From Octopus vulgaris (taxonomy: Eukaryota), in the NCBI GenBank assembly GCA_951406725.2, contig OX597821.1:84568001-84632000 (forward strand): DNA of 64,000 nucleotides, read 5' to 3'. The translations under genes and the position numbers were made by a program. The notes under the pieces were generated by a model, which made no database searches, was not told the DNA's origin, and saw nothing but the letters and a program-made list of their open reading frames with translations. Shown piece after piece: positions 1-12,300 of this stretch (positions are counted from its first letter, which is position 1; each line of letters starts with the position of its first letter).

Positions 1-242
1 CAAGGTATAGGTTGGCCAGGGAGTACAGCAGAAGACATCTGCTCAGAGTACCATGTAGTGGGATTGAACCTGAAACCATGTAGTTACATAGCAGGCTTCT
101 TAACCACTCAGCCACGTCTGTGTCTATTATTGCTTGTTTTCATTTTTTAAAAATTTTAAATGAAGAATTTATTTTTTGATGAATTCACAAAGAGACAGAG
201 AGCTGCATGCCACACAATATATGATGCAGAAGGGACACTTGC

Positions 243-326
243 CATCATCATCATCATCAGAATCAGCAACATAAGCCTGTGTAGCAGCTGCAAGTATTTC
301 TGCATCAATATTAACTTCCTTGTTAG
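243..326 (-). CDS. MDC1: MDC1-like coding exon 9 (NKEVNIDAEILAAATQAYVADSDDDDD)
   Basis: taatttccag acceptor; probable GC donor G|gcaagt; 84 nt, phase 1 to 1; TQAY motif and acidic run. Confidence 0.7.
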
Positions 327-3300
327 CTGGAAATTAGAGTTAAAAACACAACAAATGTTATTACTAAACAAATTAGTATATTAGCAGTTTATCAAAATAC
401 ATCAGAAATCATCTAGAATAAGAATGATATGTTTGACGGATATTTGTCCTCATCTTGTTTGTTGTTAAAACAACATTTCAGCTGGTATACCCTCCAGCCT
501 TCATCAGGTGTCTTGGGGAAATTTCGAACCTGGGTTCTCATTCCTAAGGTACTTTTCAATGTTATTATTATTATTCAGGTCACTGCCTGGAATTGGACTC
601 GGAATCTTGGGGTTAGTAGCCTGCACTCTTAACCACTATACCATATGCCCGTGGGCGTAGTGGTTAAGAGCACGGGCTACTAACCCCAAGATTCCGAGTT
701 CAATTCCAGGCAGTGACCTGAATAATAATAATAATAATAATAATATCAAAAAATAGCTTAGGAATTTCCCCAGGACACCTGATGAAAGCTGGAGGGTATA
801 TCAGCTGAAACGTCATGTTAACAAGAAACAAGATGAGGGCAAAAATCTGTCAAATGTAAATAATGTACATAATTCCTCGTCTCTTAAATATAGAACTGTA
901 TTATCTGGAACATGTTTTACCAAAAATATGCTATTTAAAGTAGAACATGAGTTATCTAAAATAATTCAGGAGTTACTGAGAAAATATATTATCCAGGTTA
1001 TTGAAAGCATTTCTTAAGTTTTGCTTTTTGTTTCTCCAGGTTATGACAGTCATAGGTGAAACACCAGACTATGATAGTCACGAGCGACTGTCGTTATTTA
1101 TTAAAAACATTGACGTATCTGACTAGTTTTAAACAGATGTTATTAGGATGTCAACCTTCCAGACAATGATTGTTACAACTAGATGTCATAAGGATGTTGA
1201 CATACAGACTGGACGTCATTAGGATGTTGGCCTACCAGACAATGATAGTCACAAGTGGACATCATTAGGATGTTGGCCGACCAGACAATGATAGTCACAA
1301 GTGGACGTCATTAGGATGTTGGCCTACCAGACAATGATAGTCACAAGTGGACGTCATTAGGATGTTGGCCGACCAGACAATGATAGTCACAAGTGGACGT
1401 CATTAGGATGTTGGCCTACCAGACAATGATAGTCACAAGTGGACGTCATTAGGATGTTGGCCGACCAGACAATGATAGTCACAAGTGGATGTCATTAAGA
1501 TGTTGCTACCAGACCATTATAGTCACAAGAGTGGGTGTTGTGAGGATGATGGACAACCAGACTATGACAGTCCCAAGTGGATATTGACCTATAATTTATG
1601 ATACTAAATAATAAAGAATAATCAACATCTGAGATATATTTTTCTGAGAGTTAACTGCCATCAATTAGTGGTGCACGTTACAATAAGATAAAAAGCTATC
1701 AAGTACTGGGTTTAAGCAAACTGACTATAAGCCCCTTTAAAATGTGAAACTTTGTGCCAAACTCAGAAAGCCGATAATAATATTAACATTAACAACTATT
1801 CTTTAACTCATTTCAGTCATTTGACAGCAGCCATGCTGGAGCACAGCCTTCAAGGGTTTTAGTCAAACAAATTGACCCAAGGACTTATTTTCTTTTTAAA
1901 GCCCAGCACTTATTCTATCAATCTTTTTGCTGAACCACCAAGCTATGGGAACATAGACACACCAATACTGGCTGTCAAGCAGTGATGACGGACTTCTTTC
2001 AGTTTCCATCTACTAAATCCACTCACAACGTTTTGGTCAGCCCGAGGCTATAGTAGAAGACACTTGCCTAAGGTGCCGTGCAGTGGGACTGAACCCAGAA
2101 CCATGTGGTTGGGAAGCAAGCGTCTTACCACGCAGTCACACCTGCACCTATAATTCATCTGGCAGAACTATTAGTGTGTCAGACAAGATGCTTAACAGCT
2201 GTTCTAGTTCTTTGCACCCTAAGCTCAAATTCCACTAAGGACAACTTTGCCTTTCATTCTTTCAGGGTCAACAAAATAAACTATTAGTCAAGTAAGTACA
2301 AGGGTTCAAAGTAATCAGCTTGTCTCCTCCCGTCAGAATTGCTGACCATAAAGCCTGTAATGGATTGACATCCCTTTCAAGGAGTCTTAGGGCTCAAAAA
2401 AGAAAAAAAAATTTCACTGCATGCTTTCAGTGCATAACCAAACACCTTTTGATATGAGAAATTTTTTTTTCCTTTTAGTTAATATTTCATATTGTATTGA
2501 GAATCCTCTACATAAATGAAAGTGTGGTGCCTATTAATGCTATTTCCTGTATGTTCTACATATTTGTTACAATTTTTACAAATATATATTTTTTTTTTAT
2601 TGTCATTAATGAGGCAATTCATGTTTTAAAATCATTGGCAACAAAAATGCTATTCAGCTGTAAGACCATCATCATCAACACATTGTCATTTCCTGTCCAT
2701 TTTCGATGCTGGCATGGGTTGGGATGGTTTGACAGAATTCAACATGTTAGAGAATCATGTCTCATGCTAGCAGCTCAGTTTTGTCATGGTTTCTACAGCT
2801 GGATACCTTTTCTGACAGAAACCACTTTACAGTGTGTACCAAGTGTTTTTTCATGGCACCAGCATTAGTGATGTCACCATAGAGCCTACTTGACCAAAAA
2901 GGAATATAGCGAATGAGGCTTTATGTGAGGTGTTGAGAGACTGGAGTGTGACAGGAATAGAATTGTTGTTAAAGAGGAAATGTAAGGCAAAGCCATTTCA
3001 TGAGCTTGGGTAGGAGTAACTGGAATGGAGCTGGAAAGATGATGGTGACACTGTATCTTTAGAAGATGAATAGAAGAGAGCGGGTGGATGGATGATCAGG
3101 AAAGGCAGGAGGGTAAAGATTGTAAAAATGTGGGAGGGATGGTTAGAAATAGAGGTAGAAATGAATGTAGTAAATGGTGAAGAAAAGTGGAGGGTGGTTG
3201 ATGATCGACATGAATAGGAGACAATGATGGCTATCAATTAAAGTGGCTCAGAGGAGAGGAAGTGATGACTGGCAGCACAGTCATGCACATTAACAGAAAC

Positions 3301-6300
3301 CGGTGGGTGTTCTTTGTTCCTGTGGAGGCTAGATGACAAAGAAACACAATGATGGTGAAATGCTGAGATGTTGGAATGGGAAGGTGGTTGGAAACTGATG
3401 GTAGTGAATGATTCTGGCGATGACAATGATGACACACTTAAAGAAAATACATTGAATATACCGTTATTCTGGAAAAATATTCTATCTTTGAGATAAGATG
3501 ATTCCCCTTGGTTCTCTGGACTGGAATCTACAGCAAGTACTTCAGCTGAAATAACAAGAAACGCAACATGAACCAGAATTGTAAGAAAATGTAATAAAAA
3601 AGTCCAAGAGAGCATGGAACAGTTCATTGTCCTTCTTAATATTACTAGCAAGCAAAAGATGGTAGCTGGCAGAATCGATAGCATGCTGGGCAAAATGCTT
3701 CGCGGCATTTCTTCCATCTTTCCATTCTGAGTTCAAATCCTGCTGAGGTCAACTTTGTTTTTCATCCTTTCGGGGTTGATAAAATAAATACCAGTCGACC
3801 ATTGGGGTCAATATAATTGACTTACATTATTCCCCCAAATTGCTGGCCTTGTGCCAAAATTTTAAATCAATATTATTATCAAGCAGGAGTGGCTGTGTGG
3901 TAAGTAGCTTGCTAACCAACCACATGGTTCCAGGTTCAGTCCCACTGCGTGGCATCTTGGGCAAGTGTCTTCTGCTATAGCCCTGGGCCGACCAATGCCT
4001 TGTGAGTGGATTTGGTAGACGGAAACTGAAAGAAGCCCGTCGTATATATATATGTATATGTGTATGTTTGTGTGTCTGTGTTTGTCCCCCTAGCATTGCT
4101 TGACAACCGATGCTGGTGTGTTTACGTCCCCGTAACTTAGCGGTTCGGCAAAAGAGACCGATAGAATAAGTACTGGGCTTACAAAGAATAAGTCCCGGGG
4201 TCAAGTTGCTCGATTAAAGGCGGTGCTCCAGCATGGCAGCAGTCAAATGACTGAAACAAGTAAAAGAGTAAGCATGGTGGCTGATGGCACCTGTGTCAAT
4301 ACAGTGCCATTCAAGCTTATATTATTTTCTTTACATTCTGATTTCAGATCCTGTTCAGTTCAGCTTTACCTTTTAATCATTCAGTGAACAATACAATGAA
4401 ATGCCAATCAAGTATAGGGTTCAATCTTAAGAGACTAAGTAACTTTACCCCCCCACTACCACCAAATAGGCAATGGATTCATAAAATTGTAAGAGATTGG
4501 ACAAAATGTTCTGCAGTCTATAGTCACGTTCTTTTAAATCCTGTGTTCAGATACCACTGAGGTCCACTTGCTTTACATCATTTTGTAGGGTCAATAGTAC
4601 CAGTAAAATACTAGGATCAATTTAATCAATTGACACCCCCACCTCCTGCTTCCTCCAAATGTGTGGCCTAGTATATATATATGTATATTAGAAATTAATG
4701 TCACTATTATTATTATTAGAGTGTGGAGTGGCAGAAACAATAAACGTTTTGCAGTGCATCTGGTGTTCAAATTCCATAGATTAATAAAATAAGTACCAGT
4801 GATATTCTGGGGCCCATACAGCTGATTAGATTTCTTCTCTCATGAACTCATAGCGCTATATTAATGTATGAACTCTTTATAATGACATTGGTAAAGAGCC
4901 AAATATTCATGGAGCAGGGATGCAGTCAACTAAATGGAACCCAGAATATGTCTGAAAACAAGAACTTGAGTTTCAATTCCAAAATGGAACCATTTCATTT
5001 ATGCAACAAATGAATCCTTTAGCATTCAGAATACTCTGTCAAATGTAATGCTTATTTATTCACAGTTTTGAATTCATCATGAATTATTGTGTAGCATCAA
5101 AATTTTGATTATGTGATTGTTTATTTTTAGAATGACATTGTAGGATAGGTGTGTGAGGTTGGATCTGGTCAGTCTGTATATAAAATAAGTAGAATATTTG
5201 GGCTGGATAGAGCTGGATTAAATGCTAAAGGGTTAATACACCAAGGAAAGGTATAAACATCACAACGTAATTCCATACATCCTAAAGATATCAGGTTTTA
5301 TTCTTTTAGAGGAATAAAGCCTGATATTTTAACAAGGATGGTGGAGGCAGAGGAAATGACTGATGCTTAACAATATCTAGTGTGGCTGCCTTAGGTAGCT
5401 GTGTTTGGCTTAATCTCCAGTTATCTGATGGATGAAGGCAGGGTCAGGAAATAGGGTTAGTATCAGTAAATATACAAAAGCTGTGAGGTTAAGGACAAAA
5501 GATATAGTCTTAAGTTCAAATCTTACTACAGCAAATATATCATGTCTTTGAGTAGAAAGTTGCTTGCTCCAGTTTGTCTGACTGAACCACAAAAGAAAAG
5601 GCAAAAAACAGGCTCTACCTCAGCTATACAGCTGAGTAATGCCTAAGATGGGTATCTAACAGCCTCCATTTATGCAAGTAGGGGAGAATGATATCATACA
5701 GAGGAAAAGTAATCAATAATATGTTGAATATCACAAAGGATACATGTTTCTAATAAGTCTCAGAATGATGCTCTGCCAATTCAGCCAATCCATCATCAGC
5801 ATAAACATTGTTTTAACATTGACTTGCCCATGTTTGCATGGCTTGGACAGAATTTGTTGAGGCAAATTTCCCAGTCGGATGCTCTTCCTGTCACCAACCC
5901 TCACCTGTTTCCAAGTAAGGTAATGTTTCCTCGTAACCAGACATGTTGAATATTGGAAATGAAGGACACTGCTTGAATGATGGTGATACTCACTCACAAC
6001 TATCATCATCATCATCATTGTTCGACCGTGGTCGAGACAATGGAATTTACCATGCTACGCCAGACTTCACGGTCCATCATGGCATTACGGAGGTCCTGTT
6101 GCTGGATGCCTGTATCCCTGGAGATTACATCAGGGTAGGAGAGTGTGCGCCCTCTGGCATTGCGAGTAGATGGCTTCCAGAGGAGGAGAGTAGAAATTAC
6201 CTCTTTTTCAGCCCTACAACAATGTCCAGCAAACTGGACTCTCCTACCTTTCACAAGAGATGACACAGGTGGTAGTTTCCCATATATTTTCATTTTGGTT

Positions 6301-9300
6301 GGATGGCGCTTCCACGAGAGATTTTGAGCTCTCATAAGGAGGCGTGTGTAGGTTCCATCCAACCGCCTCTCAAGCTTCTTTGATAACGTCCAGGTTTCTG
6401 AGCCATATAGTAGAATTGGTTCGACCGTGGCTTTGAAAATTTCAAGATTTCCACAACTATCACATGATGTCAAGGCAAGGAGACAGTAACACACACACAC
6501 ACATGTATGATAGGCTTCCACACAATTTCTGTCAACCAAATCCACTCATGAGGCTTTGGTCAACCCGGTGCCATAGCAGAAGGCATGTGCCCCAGTTGAT
6601 ACACAGTGGGATTGAACCCAAAACCATGTGGTTGGGAAGCAAACTACTTACCACACAACCATACACATACCTAACCTGAATTATTTCTAATTTAGGCAAA
6701 AAGTCAGGAATTTTGATGATTGGAAGATATTCAATTACATTGATCCCAGTAAATGAGTAGCATTTTATCTTATTGACCCTTAAGGTATGAAAAGCAAATT
6801 TGATCTCAAAGGGATTTGAACCCAGAATGTAAAGAACAATAACTTGATACTGCATAGCATTTTGCTTGATCAGCACAGCTCATGTAGATAGCCAGTACTT
6901 TGTTGTATGTAGTGGTTATGCCAGAAAAAATATTTTCTGCATTGTCATTAAGCTAAGACACTTTAATCTTCACAATCTCACCTTCCAGGAATCAGAAATC
7001 AAAGAATACATAGTCCTTACCTTTCTCTGGAGACATATCTGCCAAGCCCTGGCTTGAACGCTTGGTTAACTCATGAACTGGGAAATCCTGCAGCAATGAA
7101 AACAAAAGAAGACTATGAAACACACTGAAGGAATATCACTGTGGATGCTGACGGCTGAATGGTACTCGGAGTATAATAGACAAAGCATTAGAATTGTGGG
7201 TTGCCAAAACATATTCTGCAACAGTGTCTTTGACCATCTAAGATTTGGTTTACTGAAAGGAATACGATTAGGGATACAAGGCCCAAGAAGAGGAAACTCA
7301 AATGTGTTTGTTAAACCTTCTAGAAATAGTTGCCAAATCTCACTGAAATCATGCCTTATTGTCTTAAAAATGGAAGGGTAATGTAGTCCTAGATATGAAT
7401 CTAAAAATGCGAGATGATCATGGCAGGAATGGATCATAGGTTTCTTCAAACATCACAAACCTGCAGTTTTGTTGGCACTCCATCGGTTATGACGACGAGT
7501 GTTCCAGTTGATCCAATTAATGGAACAGTCTGCTCATGAAATTAACACGCAAGTGGCTGAGAACTCCACAGACACATGTACCCTTAATGTAGTTCTCAGG
7601 GAGATTCAGCATGACACACAGTGTGATATGGCTGGCACCTTTCAAATACAGGTACAACAGAAACAGGAAGAAAGAGTGAGAGAAAGTTGTGGTGAAAGAG
7701 TACAGCAGGGTTCACCATCACCCCTCTACCGGAGCCTTGTGGAACTTTAGGTGTTTTCGCTCAATAAACACTCACAACGCCCGGTCTGGGAATCGAAACT
7801 GCAATCCTACGACCACGAGTCTGCTGACTTAACCACTGGGCCATTGTGCCTCCTGCAGTTAAATAACAATAAACTACAATAATTCAACGTGGAGGCCTCT
7901 ATCTGGACACTCAAGCTGCTAGAAACAACAGCCACATCTGTCATATTATCATCACCAACTCCGGGACATTATTGTCTCAAGTCCTAGGATCTATAAGACT
8001 GATTACTCTGGCTGCAGTATATATGTGACTGTGGCGAGCTGACAGAATCGTTAGCACGCCGGGTGAAATGCTCACCGGTATTTTGTCTGCTGCTACGTTC
8101 TGAGTTCAAATTCCGCCGAGGTCGACTTTGCCTTTCATCTTTTCTGGGTCGATTAAATAAGTACCAGTTACATACTGGGGTCGATGTAATCGACTTAATC
8201 CGTTTGTCTGTTCTCGTTTGTCCTCTCTGTGTTTAGCCCCTTGTGGGCAATATAGAAATAAGTATATATGTGACTGAGATCACAACATTCACTCTGAACA
8301 GGACACCGGTCAGTCAGAGTTACTCATCTGCAACAGGATAACCACTGGACCATGTGCCTTCACTCACACCCAGCCATTTAAAAAAAAAACAGCCAGACAC
8401 ATTGGATATAATATGCTATGCATAAAAGAAAGGTTGGTCACAGTTGGAATGTCTTTGTTTATTGGTCTGCTAGATCAAGGCTGAACTGACTCTAAACAAC
8501 AACATACAGTCAACCCATTCCTCACAGTTAATGCCACAGATGTCCACACATTCCAGAAATTGTAAGTGGCATGCTTCACTATTACCAAATGTCGTATTAA
8601 ACTAATGAGAACATGAGTATACAGGAATGGATATGGTGCCAAATGATTTTTTTTCCCAGTTTCTTTTTTACGGTTTTGATCAGGAGGAAGGGAACGTGTC
8701 TATAACCTTTGCAGACCCTTCAAGACCAGTGAGATTTCTATGTAATTGGAACAGCTGCAAGTCGATGTTTATGTACAAAAAATGGGAGCACAAAAGGGGA
8801 TTCCATGGCATTAAAGTCCAGAGAAGAGAAAGGACTGGACAAAACACTTAGTTTGGACACAGGTAGAGACAACAGAATGGGTGACAAAATGAGGAAGAAT
8901 TGCATATTCACATTTCATTACTAACATATGTTGTTAACACTGTACCTCCAACACTACCTCTACTGGGCAATTCAGAAGAAGAATAAACCAGAAAGAGACA
9001 GAAAGCAACTGAGTGATGATGGACACCTTGCTTTAGTGGTCAAAAGTACAAAGATAAAATCTCTAATATGATAAAAAAAAAATCAGATTGTCCATATAGG
9101 AGTGTAGACAATAAGCACCATCCATGCCAGTGGCATGTAAAAAGCACCAACCAATCATGGCCATTGACAGCCTCCCCTGGCACCTGTGCTGATGGCATGT
9201 AAAAAGCACCCACTACATTCAAGGAGTGGTTGGCGTTAGGAAGGGCATCCAGCTGTAGAAACACTGCCAGATCAGACTGGAGCCTGGTGCAGCCCCTGGC

Positions 9301-12300
9301 TTCCCAGACCCCGGTTGAACTGTCCAACCCATGTTAGCATGGAAAACGGTCGTTAAACGATGATGATGATGATGATGAAAGTGTAGAACTGAATATCTTA
9401 TACAAAATTGAGGCAGATTTTCTATGGCTGGATGCCCTTTCTGTCGCCAACCCTCAACTGTTTCCAGGCAAGGTAATATTTCCCCATGGACAGATTATGG
9501 TTTTTCTACAAAAGGCTAGAAATGAATGGAAGATTGTTTGTAAGATGATGATGCTCATTTACAACCATCACATGATGTTATGACAAGGGTACACACAACA
9601 TACATATACAGGTATTCTTTTACTTGTTTCAGTCATTTGACTGTGGCCATGCCGGAGCACTGCCTTGAAGTGTTTTAGTCAAACAAATCCATCCCAGGAC
9701 TTCTTCAAGCCTAGCACTTATTCTATCAGCCCCTTTTGCCAAACCACTAAGTTATGAGAACATAAACACACCAATACTGGTTGTCACACATTGATGGAGG
9801 GTGGGATAAACACACAGTTTCCGTCGATCAAACCCACTCACAAGGATCTGGTAGGCCCGAGGCTTTAGCAGAAGTCACTTGACCAAAGTGCCACGCAGTG
9901 GGACTGAACCCAGAACCATGTGGTTGGGAAGCAAACTTCTTACCACACAGCCACACCTGCGCCTGTATACATACATACATAAAAACATATACACACACAA
10001 TGGGCTTCTGCTAGTTTCTGTCTACCGAGTCCAATCATAAGGCTTAATATATATACACACACACATAAATGTACATATAAATATGGGCTTAGAATTCATA
10101 GTCCTGTACATTGTAGAACAAACCATCTTGTATATATAATGGTGTACAATAATACTGTATTGTGTAACACTAAAGTACATTACACTACCTGTGTTGGGAG
10201 GAGAATGTCACTGCTGGAACTACTATTAGAGTCTTCCAGTTGCAATGAAATATTAGATTTCAACATTGTAGGAGTATTTGTAGAGATTTCGTCCAAGTTG
10301 TCTTCCAAATCTGACATCGACTCAGTGTCAGAGCCAGAATCTGAAGCGCGAGCGATCTGGAAAAAAAAAACAAAAAACAGAAGAGACCATTAAACATTTT
10401 AAATAAAATGCGCAACAGAGAAGACATACATAGCAAAAATAAGGAACAAACATTCACTGCCCAAGATGCGACACAATCAGATTGAACTTGAAACCAGTTA
10501 TAAAGCAAATGGGATCTTTTCGGTTTGACCAGCAGTTTTTTCTAGCAGTGTCATATGAAATTGTCACCCATAATTATGACCCTAGTATCGATCTATTGCA
10601 TTTCAATCTGTTTTAGAGTTAGGGTTAGGGGTAAGGGTATCTTTTTTTCTTCAGAAATGTAAATAAACCCAATCTGTTTCTTAAACAAGGGACATATTCA
10701 TACAGCACAGAATGTTTTCACCTCAATAGACGTCATTGATTGGTTGAAATTGCAGAAACTGAAGGAAAAAAAACAACAAATATCTTACAAGCTATAGAAT
10801 TTTCTCAATAAAACCAAGAGAAAAAGATGTTTTATAAATACATTCTACCAGCATACAAAGTTTAAAAGTGTTTAGTTACGTGGAAATTATTTTAAAAAAC
10901 TGCCACTCAAACCGAAAAGATCCAGCAAATGTTTTAAGCACACAACTATGTGTCAAATGATTTTAGAAATGTTCAAGAATTTGGAGAAACTTCTGTAATA
11001 AGAAAAATTTGGAAAGATAAAAGTGGCTTCAGCGAATTAGGAAAATTGTTGTAAGATCAGTTAGACTCTCATGCAGTGTCCTCTTCTGATTCTTTGACAC
11101 TCAAGGTGGACTTAGCCTTTCTTTCATATAGATCAGATTCCCAACCAGAGTCCATATAAGATTTTGGAGGGTCCATACAACAAGATAGTAAATTGGGGAT
11201 CCGCAATAGTATTTTAAAGGTCCCTGAAAAAATTTTGTTTTAGATATATGTATTGGTATGCATAGCAAGAAACAGCTGGGTTTCTTACTCTAACATTTTA
11301 CACAGTTCAACCTACACAAGTTAATGTGTGAAAAAAAATAGGAATTTTGAAAGGGGAGTCCACCATCATAAAATAATAATCAAAGGGGTTGTAGATAAAA
11401 AATGGTTGAGAACCCTTGATTCAGAGGGTCAATAAAAATGTACTGATATACATCAGTTCAGCAGAACTGAAGGATACTTTGTGGGTTCTTTTCTGACTCT
11501 CACTGTTCTGAGTTCAAATCCCATAACAGCCTGCTTGAGCAAAAGACTTTATTCATTGCTCAGTTTAACATTACATTCTGGTTTTGGTGGCTTCAGTGAA
11601 GTCCACTCAGATACAAGCATCTGAGTCAGGTTTCTGGCTTCAGAAACCTGGCCCTGGAGAGAGCCTTTAGAAGAGGAAACTCTGAAAAGGATCATGGGAA
11701 CTGGTTGCCTACTTGACTACAAGAAAAAAGTGGTGTCTGTAACAAACTTAACATAAATCCTGACAGACTGTTTTAATTAAATATGTTGTTGGCATCCTTT
11801 TTGTCTCGGGAGACAATGGAGTTGCGCATAGAATAGTCTAGTCCAGCTTTTACATTTCATGTCCTGACACATTTCCTGCTGTGGCTGTGTAGTCCTATCC
11901 TGGACAAACACTCCCCCTGGCAGGTACCGCAAATGTAGCGAAGACTGTTCCTGGCTGGTTGTAATGCCATAGTTTCTTGTTGACGTCTCTTCTTGTCTTT
12001 CCATTTCTCCTCTCTCTCTCTCTGTCACTCCTTTGTGTTCCCTCTTTTATGGTACGTCGCCAATCTCCACGGTTGCTGGCAACTGCCTCCCAACCGCTGA
12101 TATTGATGTTTCAGGCCTTCATGTCCCTTTTGCAAACATCCTTGTAACGTAAGAATGGTCTACCCACAGACCTAGTACCCCTAGCAAGCTCTCCGTAGAG
12201 TATGTCCTTGGGGATTCTGCCATCTTTCATACGGCTAACATGCCCAAGCCATCTCATACGTCTTTGTGTGAGGAGTGCAAACAACACTTTAAAGCAAGTG

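Larger units (their letters stand above)
432..854. mobile_element. Palindromic head-to-head dimer of a tRNA-headed, hammerhead-ribozyme-tailed retroelement (Penelope/retrozyme-like)
   Basis: ~210-bp inverted arms centred near 650. Each arm has an A-box/B-box tRNA-like head, (AAT)n, then CTGATGA-stem II-GAAA(C/T)GT. Confidence 0.75.

Noticed and set aside
1120-1585. 46-bp array as a CRISPR array or coding repeat
   Set aside because: No unique spacers, unit not a multiple of 3, eukaryotic intron context.
2990-3430. Purine-rich stretch giving His/Ser/Pro-rich minus-strand ORFs
   Set aside because: Low-complexity degraded repeat; a similar tract lies at 14090-14480.
3827-4204. Recurrent ORFs such as ...[15 protein letters not shown]..., MFSLNKHSQRP..., YIYIYI and THTHTH
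   Set aside because: Translations of SINEs and microsatellites, not genes.
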